Shown here in pieces: positions 14,506-23,613 of a stretch of 62,713 bases of DNA. The stretch covers positions 1 to 62,713 of the forward strand of contig CBEUCC010000001.1 of the NCBI GenBank assembly GCA_965541515.1, written 5' to 3'. Position numbers and translations under genes: made by a program. The notes under the pieces were generated by a model that saw only the letters and a list, made by a program, of their open reading frames with translations, searched no databases and was not told the origin of the DNA. Source of the DNA: an uncultured Thermoplasmata archaeon (GTDB lineage: Archaea > Thermoplasmatota > DTKX01 > DATEUP01). Position 1 is the stretch's first letter. Each line of letters starts with the position of its first letter.

Positions 14506-15723
14506 TCACAGGGACTCGTACGCGGCCTCGCCGTGGAGCGCCTCGTCGAGTCCCTCCTCCTCGGCCTCCGGTTTCACCCGAACGGGTGTGACCTTGTTGA
14601 TGATCCAGAGCATCCCCCATGTGAACGCGAAAGCGTAGCCGGAGGCAATCAACGCCGCTGCAACCTCGATACCGAAGAATTCCGCGTTGCCCGCCAGGAG
14701 GCCGTCGGCTCCCGCCGCGTTAACGCTCAGCGTTGCAAAGATGCCAAGCGAAATGATGCCAAGCACCCCGCCGACCCCGTGGACCCCCCAGACATCCAGC
14801 GCGTCGTCCCAGCCACGCTTGTTCTTGAACATGATCGCCAGGTAGCAAATCGACCCCGCTAGCAGCCCGATTACCATCGCGGCTGAAGGAGTCACGTACC
14901 CGGCCGCCGGCGTGATCGTCGCGAGCCCCGCAACCATCCCGACGAGCAACCCCACGAACTTCGGCTTCTTCTCGAATATCCAGGCCATTGCAAGCCACGA
15001 AACTCCGGCCATCGACGCCGCGAGGTCGGTGTTCAGGAAGGCCGTCACGGTGACCTCGTTCACCGCGAGGGTGCTACCCGCGTTGAACCCGTACCACCCG
15101 AACCAAAGGAGGGCCGTCCCGAGGGCCACGAGCGGGATGCTGTGCGGGCCCTTCTCCTTCACCGTGCGTTTTCCGACGAAGATCACGGCTGCAAGCGCCG
15201 CCATCCCCGCGAGCGCGTGGACGACTAAGCCTCCCGCAAAATCGAGGACTCCCCACGTCGCCAGCAGGCCACCGCCCCAAACCATGTGCACGAACGGGAA
15301 GTAGACGAACAGCAGCCAGGCAACGAGGAAGATCAGGTACGCCTTGAAGGTCACCCGGTTCGCGAACGCGCCGGTGATGAGGGCCGGCGTGATGACCGCG
15401 AACATCATCTGGTAGACGAGGAAGGCATACACCGGGATGTTCGGGTTACCCGCGTAGGCGTCCAACGGGTCAATGCCAATCAGGAAAGCGTTGTTGAGGT
15501 CCCCGTAGATCCCGCCCTGTCCGCCGCTGAAGCAAAGCGAGTACCCCACAGCAAACCACAAAACGGTGGTCACCGCGATCGATACAAAGCTCTGCATCAT
15601 GATCGTGAGGACGTTCTTGCGCCCCACTAGCCCGCCGTAGAAGAACGCGAGGCCCGGCGTCATCAGCATGACGAGGCTCGCGGCGATCAGCATGAACGCC
15701 GTGTCCGCATTCTCGAAGGCCAC
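14506..15723 (-). CDS. amt: Ammonium transporter (Amt family)
   Basis: AFMLIAASLVMLMTPGLAFFYGGLVGRKNVL... and 11 TM-like segments. I moved the start to the in-frame GTG at 15723 (VAFENADTAF...). A TATA-like CATTATAGCG lies about 35-40 nt upstream. The track ORF (to 15816) is over-extended. Confidence 0.85.
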   Translation of the reverse strand: MAFENADTAFMLIAASLVMLMTPGLAFFYGGLVGRKNVLTIMMQSFVSIAVTTVLWFAVGYSLCFSGGQGGIYGDLNNAFLIGIDPLDAYAGNPNIPVYAFLVYQMMFAVITPALITGAFANRVTFKAYLIFLVAWLLFVYFPFVHMVWGGGLLATWGVLDFAGGLVVHALAGMAALAAVIFVGKRTVKEKGPHSIPLVALGTALLWFGWYGFNAGSTLAVNEVTVTAFLNTDLAASMAGVSWLAMAWIFEKKPKFVGLLVGMVAGLATITPAAGYVTPSAAMVIGLLAGSICYLAIMFKNKRGWDDALDVWGVHGVGGVLGIISLGIFATLSVNAAGADGLLAGNAEFFGIEVAAALIASGYAFAFTWGMLWIINKVTPVRVKPEAEEEGLDEALHGEAAYESL

Positions 15724-15790
15724 CCGGTCTCCCCCGGCCCCCCGTGGGGCCCGGTGCGCTATAATGGCTTGCCAGGCGGCCGGCCGGGCC

Positions 15791-16648
15791 TCACAACTCA
15801 ACGCTCGACTTCTCAACTACCGTCGCGCGCCCGACGAGGTCCACGCGCCCGGTCCGCACGCGGACGGTCAACGCGCCGCCGCGCTTTGAGAGCTGGGCAG
15901 CGCGCAGCTCCTTCTTGCCGAGCCTATCCGCCCAAAAGGGGCCGAGCACGGTGTGGGCCGAGCCCGTCACCGGGTCCTCGTCGACCCCGACCCACGGGGC
16001 GAAGTAGCGCGACACGAAGTCGTACTCGCCCTCCCCCGGGGCCGTCACGATCACGCCCTGGATGTCACCGTCCGGGGCCGCGGACTTGAGCCGACCGATG
16101 GCCGGCTTGACTTCCCGGACGGCGCTTGCGTCCGCCACCAGCAGCAGGAGCTTGCGGTTCATCTTCCCGTACGCGCACCCCTCGACCTTGGGGAGCCCCA
16201 TCGCCTCCAACACGGCTTTGGGCGCCTCGTGCTCCTCCGGGGGGTCCGAGGGGAAGTCAAGGGCGACCTCGTCGCCCTCCTTGCGCGCCTCCAGTGTCCC
16301 GCTCTTCGTCTCGAACATGAGGTCGGTCGACGGGATCTCCTCCTCGCCGAAGAGCACGGCGGCTGTGGCCAGCGTCGCGTGGCCACACATCGGCACTTCG
16401 ACCGACGGCGTGAACCACCGCAACTCGAAGGAACGCGCCTTCTCGAAGGTCGCGCCGCCCTGCGGACGGACGAACGCGGTCTCGGAGGCGCCGACCTCGG
16501 CCGCGAGCGCCAGCATCTGGTCGGGGGACGCCTCGTCCGGGGTCAGGCACACGCCCGCGGGGTTGCCCTTGAGGCCCGGCGCCACGAACGCGTCGACGCG
16601 GTAGAGTGGCACGACCAGACGGATTCCCCCGCCCCCGGATCGGGTCAT
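15791..16648 (-). CDS. PhzF-family isomerase-like protein
   Basis: ...VDAFVAPGLKGNPAGVCL...GASETAFVRP...LRWFTPSVEVPMCGHATLATA... ATG at 16648 (the track start at 16738 is over-extended). Confidence 0.8.
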   Translation of the reverse strand: MTRSGGGGIRLVVPLYRVDAFVAPGLKGNPAGVCLTPDEASPDQMLALAAEVGASETAFVRPQGGATFEKARSFELRWFTPSVEVPMCGHATLATAAVLFGEEEIPSTDLMFETKSGTLEARKEGDEVALDFPSDPPEEHEAPKAVLEAMGLPKVEGCAYGKMNRKLLLLVADASAVREVKPAIGRLKSAAPDGDIQGVIVTAPGEGEYDFVSRYFAPWVGVDEDPVTGSAHTVLGPFWADRLGKKELRAAQLSKRGGALTVRVRTGRVDLVGRATVVEKSSVEL

Positions 16649-16652
16649 GTGT

Positions 16653-17603
16653 CTAAAGCCGAACGGCTCCGTTGTCGGTGCGTTGGCGCCCTTGCCAGAT
16701 CGCGCCGACCCACGTCCCGGCCACCACGAGCGCGCCACCGACCGCCAGCGTGTACGTGACAGGCTCCGCGAGCAAGGCGGCCGCGACCATGACCGTCACC
16801 GCGGGCGAGAGCACGGTCTGGTAGGCGGTCGCCGACGCGGTCCAGCGGTTGAGTACGTAGATGATGAGCACCGTCGCGGCCGAGGCGCTCAGGATCAGCC
16901 AAACAAGGGCTGCCACCGTGAGGGGAGCGGTGGGGACTTGGAGTCGTTCGCCAAGCACGATCGTCCCGACCAGGAGGAACCCCGAGGCTGCGGCCATCCC
17001 GACAGCGTTCACGGTGACGGGGTGCATCGGTGGGACGGCCTTGATCACGACTCCGGCGCCGGCCACGAGCACGGCGGCGGCCACCGCCGCAAGCGTCGGC
17101 GCTAGGTCCTGCCCGCCCGTGATGCTCGAGCCCGAGATCACTGCGATCCCAGTGATCGCGAGGCCCGCCCCGGCGAGCCCCTGCCAACGGAAGGACTCCT
17201 GCCGGACCCCGACCGCGATCAGGAATGTCGCGAGGGGGATCGTGGCGAAGATGAGCGAGCCCGCGCCGGCCGAGATCCGCGTGAGCGCCCAGAAGATGAG
17301 GAGGGAGGCAAGTCCAAACGCCATCACGCCGAAGGCGGCGGCGGCCGCAAGGCCGCGGCCGCGCGGCCACGAGGCGCGGGCCACGAGCGCGATCAGCGAG
17401 AGGAGCGCCGCTCCCGGCGCGAAACGCAAGAGCGCCGTCCAGGTGGGGTCAAGGTCGGCCACCGCGAACCGGATGGCGACGAAATTGACGCCGAAAAGCC
17501 CCACGGTGGCCGCAAAAGCCGCAAGGACCGGAGCCTGCGGCACGCCCCCCGGTGCGCCGTGCCTCCCCGTGATACCCGCCTGTACCTGCACGGGCGCGTG
17601 CAA
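16653..17603 (-). CDS. EamA/DMT-family transporter
   Basis: 10-TM pattern with FGVNFVAIRFAV... Its stop lies 4 nt before the PhzF start (operon-like). Exact start uncertain. Confidence 0.75.
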   Translation of the reverse strand: MHAPVQVQAGITGRHGAPGGVPQAPVLAAFAATVGLFGVNFVAIRFAVADLDPTWTALLRFAPGAALLSLIALVARASWPRGRGLAAAAAFGVMAFGLASLLIFWALTRISAGAGSLIFATIPLATFLIAVGVRQESFRWQGLAGAGLAITGIAVISGSSITGGQDLAPTLAAVAAAVLVAGAGVVIKAVPPMHPVTVNAVGMAAASGFLLVGTIVLGERLQVPTAPLTVAALVWLILSASAATVLIIYVLNRWTASATAYQTVLSPAVTVMVAAALLAEPVTYTLAVGGALVVAGTWVGAIWQGRQRTDNGAVRL

Positions 17604-17767
17604 TGCGGCTCGCCCATAAACACAGCGGCCTGGGTGCGTCCGTCCCAGGCAACGGTTAATTCCTCGGGGGGGTTGCCCCGCCGCGGGGGGCCCGAAGCAC
17701 GCCCGACAACAAGCCCGGCACCCGTGCCCCCGGTGTTGCCGCCTTCCGGCGCCTGGGCTCGGTCGTC

Positions 17768-20674
17768 GTGCGTCGGCGCAAAGCGGTCGTCATCGTATGG
17801 GTCATCATCCTGATCGGGTCCGTCCCCCTCGCGATGCAGTTGGGCGAAGTGACCTCCGCGGGGTCAGGTGGATTCGGCGCGTCCGACGCCGAGTCCGCAC
17901 AGGCCCAGGACATCATCGACGAGCAGTTCCCGCGGGTCTTTGCCAACTCCACAGCGATCATCGTTGTGAGGGACGAGGATGTGACGGGCGCGGGCGCCCG
18001 CGATTTCGTCCTGGACCTGGAGGAAGAACTGGAGAGCGACGCACGGCAGGAGCACCTCTCGGAATTCACATCCGTCTACTCGGTGGCCCGTGACCTTGCG
18101 GCCGAGACCGCCCTGCAGGCGGCGCCGCTTGTGTGGGGCGTGAACTTCACCGCGTTCGTCGTCTACGGGGTCCCCTCGATATTCCTCGGGCACTGGGAGG
18201 CAACAAACGCTTCGTGGAACGTCTCGGCGCGCGACGCGGCCGCAAACGCCTCGACGACCGCGGAGGTCAATGCGATGGGGCTCGACGACGCCTCGCGCGC
18301 GGCGGCTCTCGGATACCATGCCCCCTTCTACGGGGCATGGACCCAGAGCGCGCGCAACCCGACGCTTGTGTCCGACCCCCCCGCTCGCGCCCAGGCGGCG
18401 GTCGCCGTGGCCGCGCCAACCTACGCGGCACAGGTTCCAGACCCGCAACAGGCGGGCTTGGTCCTTGGCGTCCTCCAGGGCTTTGACCTCGCCACGTGGA
18501 GCGAGCCGTCGGCCCACTACGCGTTCGTCGGCGCCCAGTTCGAGGCGTTCGGTCTGGGAGCGCCCGACCCCGCCTTCCTCGAGGCCGCGGCGGCCTTTGG
18601 CCCCTCCCCCACGGGGGAGCAAGCCGAGGCCCTTGCGGCCGAGACGGTGCGCAACGCGACGTTGGACGCCCTCCCCGTCCCGCTACCAAGCGACCTGCAG
18701 CGCGCGTTCGTCGCGCCCGACAATGGTACCATGCTCGTCGTCGTCGGCTACGACCTCACGCCCGTGGGTTTTGGGTCCGTCGAACTCGACCCCGTGCTGC
18801 AGGACGTCATCGAGGTGCGTGATGTCGTGGCCACGCTCCTGGATTTGGACGGCGCGCCCGGGGAGGTCCTCGTCACGGGCAGCGCCGCCACCTCGCTCGA
18901 CTCGGCCGTGAGTGGAGAGGAGGACTTCGAACGGATCGAGCCCGCGACCATCGGCGCGGTCATCCTGCTTGTGTCGCTCTTCTTCCTGGGGGCTTTCGTC
19001 GTCCTTGTCCCGCTTGGCAGCATCGGGATTGCGCTCCTCGTGACACAAGCGCTCGTCTTCCTCATCGGCACGACCATCGTCAAGGTGCCGGCCGACACGC
19101 TGACCTTCCTCTTCACCATCCTCATCGGTGTCGGGATCGACTACGCCGTCTTCCTGATGGCCCGCTACCGCGAGGAGCGCGCCGAGGGGGCCGAGCGCAA
19201 CGACGCGGTCGCCACGTCCGTCACGTGGGCCGGTGAGAGCATCACGACGTCCGGCGTGGCGGTGGTCGTCGCGTTTGGTGTACTTGCCACGGGCTCGTTC
19301 GAGATGCTCCGCGCGATGGGGCTCGCGGTCGGTGTCGGTGTCGGTGTCGCGCTCCTCGTGAGCCTGACGCTCATCCCCGCGTTGCTCGCGTTGCTTGGAA
19401 ACCGCATCTTCTGGCCCACCTCTGGCGACCGCTTTCGCAAGCGCCAGGAGAAGGTGCGGGCCCGCAATGCGGCGCGGGGCGGGAACTACTTCCGGCGCGC
19501 CGCGCAGTTCAGCGTCGACCACGCGAAACTCGTCATTGTCCTTGCGGTCCTGGTGTCCGTCCCTACGACCTACATCAGCCTGACGGGCCAGACGTCCTTC
19601 GACTTCATCGCCGGGCTCCCCGACACGGAATCCAGCCGTGGCCTCGACGCGATGCAAGACGCGTTTGGGGCAGGGCAGTTGGGGCCCACGCAGGTCGTGG
19701 TCGTGTTCCCGGGCGCCGTTTGGCAGAACAGCACGGGGCTGGACCCGGACGCGGCCGGCGAGTTGGAAGAGATGTCGAGGCAGATCCAAGCGATGCCGAA
19801 CATCCAGCAGGTGCAAGGACCCTCGCGCCCCCGCGGGACCTTCCTCGACGCGACCAACGCCTCGGCCCTGTCGCCGGCCGACCTAGCGGGCGTGGGCGGG
19901 TTCATCGGTCTGGACAACCGCACGGTGCTGCTCTCGGTCATCCTCGTCGAGGCGCCCTTTGCGCCCGCTTCGCTCGACACAGTACGGGATGTGCGGAAGG
20001 CGCTCCACGCGCGGGCCGTGGCCGACCCGGACCTGGCCGGTGCAGGGGTCTACGTCGGGGGGCAAAGCGCGCTCACGATCGACTTTGCGGCGGACATGGA
20101 CGAGCAGTTTCTGACGATGCGGGTCCTGGTGACGATCGCCGTGTACATCGTCCTGCTCATCGTGCTCGGCTCCTTCCTGTTGCCGCTGGCGGCCGTCGCG
20201 TCGGTGGCAGCCTCGATCACGTGGGCCTACGCGGCCACGCTCTTCTTCTTCCACGATGTGTTCAACCTCGAGGTCCTCTTCATGATCCCGCTCATCCTGT
20301 TCGTGCTGTTGATGGGGATCGGGATGGACTACAACATCTTCATCCTGACACGAATCCGCGAGGAGTCGGAGAAGGGGAAGGACCCCAAACGCGCGGCCGT
20401 GGACGCAGTCGAGCGCACGGGCGGCATCATCACGGCACTGGCGCTGATCCTCGCGGCCGCGCTCGGCAGCCTCATGCTCTCCTCGAATTCGATGCTCCAG
20501 GGGTTCGGGTTCGCGATCGCGCTTGCGGTCATCCTCGACGCGATGATCGTGCGCACGTACGTGGTGCCCGCGGTGATGGCATTGCTGGGCAACCGGGCCT
20601 GGTGGGGCCCGAAGCGCCTGCAGCGCGTGGACACGTCGGCGATGGTGGCAGAGGAGCCGGAGCCCTCATCGTGA
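17768..20674 (+). CDS. MMPL/RND-superfamily membrane transporter
   Basis: Two homologous halves, each with a 5-6 TM bundle and the motifs GIDYAVFLMARYREE and GMDYNIFILTRIREE. Confidence 0.85.
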   Translation: MRRRKAVVIVWVIILIGSVPLAMQLGEVTSAGSGGFGASDAESAQAQDIIDEQFPRVFANSTAIIVVRDEDVTGAGARDFVLDLEEELESDARQEHLSEFTSVYSVARDLAAETALQAAPLVWGVNFTAFVVYGVPSIFLGHWEATNASWNVSARDAAANASTTAEVNAMGLDDASRAAALGYHAPFYGAWTQSARNPTLVSDPPARAQAAVAVAAPTYAAQVPDPQQAGLVLGVLQGFDLATWSEPSAHYAFVGAQFEAFGLGAPDPAFLEAAAAFGPSPTGEQAEALAAETVRNATLDALPVPLPSDLQRAFVAPDNGTMLVVVGYDLTPVGFGSVELDPVLQDVIEVRDVVATLLDLDGAPGEVLVTGSAATSLDSAVSGEEDFERIEPATIGAVILLVSLFFLGAFVVLVPLGSIGIALLVTQALVFLIGTTIVKVPADTLTFLFTILIGVGIDYAVFLMARYREERAEGAERNDAVATSVTWAGESITTSGVAVVVAFGVLATGSFEMLRAMGLAVGVGVGVALLVSLTLIPALLALLGNRIFWPTSGDRFRKRQEKVRARNAARGGNYFRRAAQFSVDHAKLVIVLAVLVSVPTTYISLTGQTSFDFIAGLPDTESSRGLDAMQDAFGAGQLGPTQVVVVFPGAVWQNSTGLDPDAAGELEEMSRQIQAMPNIQQVQGPSRPRGTFLDATNASALSPADLAGVGGFIGLDNRTVLLSVILVEAPFAPASLDTVRDVRKALHARAVADPDLAGAGVYVGGQSALTIDFAADMDEQFLTMRVLVTIAVYIVLLIVLGSFLLPLAAVASVAASITWAYAATLFFFHDVFNLEVLFMIPLILFVLLMGIGMDYNIFILTRIREESEKGKDPKRAAVDAVERTGGIITALALILAAALGSLMLSSNSMLQGFGFAIALAVILDAMIVRTYVVPAVMALLGNRAWWGPKRLQRVDTSAMVAEEPEPSS

Positions 20675-22477
20675 GCGGCGGCGGCGGGCTACGGCCACGA
20701 GGCCGACGAGCGCCACGATGAGCGCGCCCGACTCGAAGCCTGGGACGCGCGGGGGGCCGGAGTGGGGCGGCAGCTCTAGCCTTTCCCAAGTGAACATTGT
20801 CGCGTTCTCTGCGCCTGCCTCGCGCGTGAGGTTGGATGCGGATCCGACCGACGAGACCTCTCCGATTACCACATACGGCCCTTCGGGAAGCCCGTCCGGA
20901 ACCGTGATTATGCACTCCATCCGCTCTTGGTCCACAGGGTCCGACACCGCGCACCCGAGGGTTCCGCCCCACGCTCCGGCGAGCGCCGCGTCACGCTCAA
21001 GTTCGGGGACGAGCCAGACCCACCCGTTCTCGAAGCCCGCGTCTGCGGGTCGCGCGTTGAGCGCGGTCACCAAGACGGCGCTCCCCAACAGGCTCTCGGC
21101 TTCTAGGTCAAGGGCGAAGCCCGGCTCCTTGGCAAACGGCGGGAACCCTGTACCGAACGCAGCCTGCTCGCCCGACGGGCACACGATCCGACCGTTCAGG
21201 TAGTCTGAGTACCCCCAGTCGTCGGGGATCGTGTACTCGATGGAGAGGTTTCCGTCCAACGTTGTGAAGTCCTTGCCCGCCCTGATGGCCCCCGGCGCTC
21301 CCTGCCGCCAGTAGAACACCCCGACATCGACGCCCGAAACGAGCAGCCCGTTGTCCGTCACACGCACACGCAACGTCGCTGTGTCGCCCCGGTGGAAGGC
21401 GTTGGGATCCTCCTGGAGTGCAGCGGAGCACCCGACGGCGGAGTTCGATTGCCGGTTCCATTCGGGGACCACGGGGGGCGGGGCCGTCTGGACGACAATG
21501 ACCTCCTCGGCGGTGCGGTTGTCGGCCGCAATCCGGACGACAAGGTGGAGCTCCTGACGGCCGGGCAGGTCGTCGAAGGTCGCGCTCGTGGTGGCGTGCC
21601 CGGCTTCGTCCGTGATTCCTGTGGTCGGGATCACGTTGGTAGACGTCGGCGTCGCCCGGACGCCAGCCCCCGGGAGCGGCCCGGAGGCGTCCCACACCCA
21701 CGCGTCTGCGGTGAGGTCCGTCGGGGTCACCTCCACGGCCACAACGAAGTCAAACGGATGGGCTATGACGTCCAGCGAGGCCTGCGGGACCGAGGACACA
21801 CCACCCAGCGTGGCGGTGACGTCATAGTGGCGCGTCCTCCGCAGATCTTCCGGGACCGTGAACGTGTAGCGCCAGACGCCGTCGGCCGTTGAATTCCCCT
21901 CGGGGCTTTCCCACTCTCTCCCCCCTTCGTAGTACGTCACCAGCATGGACGGCTCCAATCCGCCGCTCACGACCCCGGCCCGGTAGGTGCGGACCTCGAT
22001 CACGACCCGGTCACCCGGTCCGGGCCGCGGAGACGAGGTGCCCTCGGCGAGCACGCGGGCACGGATCTCCCACGCCGGCTCCGCCGGCCCGATCCGGTAG
22101 GGCACGATGTCGTACCCTTCGGACCCGTCTTCGGCCACAGCCCAAACCACAAACATGGCGTGGTTCACGCCGTATGGGCGCGCCTCGACCGTGTAGTTGG
22201 TGATCCACACGCCCCTGGAGACATTGCTCAGGTTGAGGGACGTCCAATTGAGGTACATCCATGCCGGGTTGATGACCGAGACGTTCACCGAGGCCGGGTC
22301 GTACGGTTCGCCCCACCGGTAGACCTCGACGCGCAGGTCGACAGTGTCGCCCACGCCGGCGCCTTGGTTCTGCGCGAAGACGAGCACGGTGAGGCCGCCA
22401 GCGGCCGACGCGGTGGGAAGGGCGGCGGGCGCCGCCAAAAGCAATCCCACAACGGTAGCAATCAACAAACGTCGCAT
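20666..22477 (-). CDS. Secreted surface glycoprotein-like protein with PGF-CTERM anchor signal (paralog of 23614-25608)
   Basis: True start is MRRLLIATVVGLLLAAPAALPTASAAGG at 22477 (the track start at 22906 is over-extended). C-terminus is ...PRVPGFESGALIVALVGLVAVARRRRSR, i.e. PGF, a hydrophobic helix and a basic tail (archaeosortase-type signal). Many NxS/T sequons. Confidence 0.75.
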   Translation of the reverse strand: MRRLLIATVVGLLLAAPAALPTASAAGGLTVLVFAQNQGAGVGDTVDLRVEVYRWGEPYDPASVNVSVINPAWMYLNWTSLNLSNVSRGVWITNYTVEARPYGVNHAMFVVWAVAEDGSEGYDIVPYRIGPAEPAWEIRARVLAEGTSSPRPGPGDRVVIEVRTYRAGVVSGGLEPSMLVTYYEGGREWESPEGNSTADGVWRYTFTVPEDLRRTRHYDVTATLGGVSSVPQASLDVIAHPFDFVVAVEVTPTDLTADAWVWDASGPLPGAGVRATPTSTNVIPTTGITDEAGHATTSATFDDLPGRQELHLVVRIAADNRTAEEVIVVQTAPPPVVPEWNRQSNSAVGCSAALQEDPNAFHRGDTATLRVRVTDNGLLVSGVDVGVFYWRQGAPGAIRAGKDFTTLDGNLSIEYTIPDDWGYSDYLNGRIVCPSGEQAAFGTGFPPFAKEPGFALDLEAESLLGSAVLVTALNARPADAGFENGWVWLVPELERDAALAGAWGGTLGCAVSDPVDQERMECIITVPDGLPEGPYVVIGEVSSVGSASNLTREAGAENATMFTWERLELPPHSGPPRVPGFESGALIVALVGLVAVARRRRSR

Positions 22478-22571
22478 GAGCCCTGCGCCCGCAACGATAG
22501 AACCGCGGCTCCCCGATAAGTCCTTCGAAGACCGGCGAAACCAAATGCAGGGGTTTCGCTGCCGCGGGCCG

Positions 22572-23483
22572 ATGCGCGTTCTCGTGGCAGGTGCGGCCGG
22601 GTTTCTTGGCCTTGGCACGGTCGGCGCGCTAGCGCGGGCCGGCCACGAGGTCGTGGGCCTCGTCCACACGCCGACGAAGACGGGTCGCGTCGAGGCGGCG
22701 GGCGCCGCGCCGGTCGTGGGCGACGTCCTCAACGCGGCGGCGCTGGCCAAGGCCGCCGAGGGGTGCGAGGCGCTGATCCACCTTGCGCACACGCGGGACA
22801 CCGGTACGCCCGCGGCAGGCCAGTCAATGGCCGCAAAGGTCCGGGTGGACGGCGCGTACAACCTGGTCGCGGTCGCGCGGGCCGTGAAGGCGCGGCGCCT
22901 CATCATCGGTTCGGGCTACTGGGAGTTCGGGCACCACGAAGGGACGATCACGGAGGAGACGCCGGTGATCCCGATCGGTACGTCCGTCTACAACTGGCAG
23001 GCGGAGCGCGCGGGGCTCGACGCGAACAGCCCCGGTACGCTCGACGTCGTGATCGCGCGGCCGGGGATGGTGTACGGCGACGGCGGGTGGTTCAAGGCGA
23101 TGGTAGACGCGGTCCGCGATGGGAGCTACCGCGTCCCGGGTGACGGCGGGAACCACTGGTCGCCGGTGTACGTGGACGACGTGGGCGAGGCGTTTCGTGT
23201 GTTGCTCGAAAAGGGCTTGGCGGGGGAGGCGTACATTGTCGTCGACGACGACCCGCTCCCCCTCAAGGACTTCGCGGGCGCTATCGCGGGGGCGCTTGGT
23301 GTGGCCGCGCCCGCCCACGACACGATGGAGGAGGCCAAGGCGCGGGGGAGCGAGACCCGCGTGAAGATGATGACCGCGAACCAGCGGGCGTCCAACGCGA
23401 AGATGAAGGGGCTCGGGTGGGCGCCGACGCGGGCGTCTTCGCGCGAGGGCGTGCCGCCGGTCGTGCGGGCCATGGGGAAGTAG
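22572..23483 (+). CDS. NAD(P)-dependent epimerase/dehydratase (extended SDR)
   Basis: MRVLVAGAAGFLGLGTVGALARAGHEVVGLV (GxxGxxG Rossmann motif). ATG at 22572 (the track start at 22344 is over-extended). Confidence 0.75.
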   Translation: MRVLVAGAAGFLGLGTVGALARAGHEVVGLVHTPTKTGRVEAAGAAPVVGDVLNAAALAKAAEGCEALIHLAHTRDTGTPAAGQSMAAKVRVDGAYNLVAVARAVKARRLIIGSGYWEFGHHEGTITEETPVIPIGTSVYNWQAERAGLDANSPGTLDVVIARPGMVYGDGGWFKAMVDAVRDGSYRVPGDGGNHWSPVYVDDVGEAFRVLLEKGLAGEAYIVVDDDPLPLKDFAGAIAGALGVAAPAHDTMEEAKARGSETRVKMMTANQRASNAKMKGLGWAPTRASSREGVPPVVRAMGK

Positions 23484-23613
23484 GCGAGGCCCCGCTGGCG
23501 ATCCCGATCACGCAAGCGCCGCCATCAGAGCACCCCTACGGTTGCGGCAATAGCCACCGCCACCCCGCCGAGCCACACACCCCACGCTTAAGGACGGATA
23601 GCAAGCCGTTGCA

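Noticed and set aside
16645-17619. 241-aa minus-strand and 252-aa plus-strand ORFs overlapping the EamA transporter gene
   Set aside because: They are off-frame or antisense to a frame with a clear 10-TM EamA pattern.
18683-20721. 377-aa minus-strand and 333-aa plus-strand ORFs inside the MMPL gene
   Set aside because: They overlap a gene with duplicated MMPL signature motifs, and their composition is artefactual.
22478-22906. Long N-terminal extensions of track ORFs (also 25609-26253, 52189-52473, 15724-15816, 16649-16738, 36688-36759, 37901-38008, 44018-44134)
   Set aside because: In each case a signal peptide or family-typical N-terminus begins at an internal start codon. The extension overlaps a neighbouring gene, a tRNA or a promoter-like TATA box.
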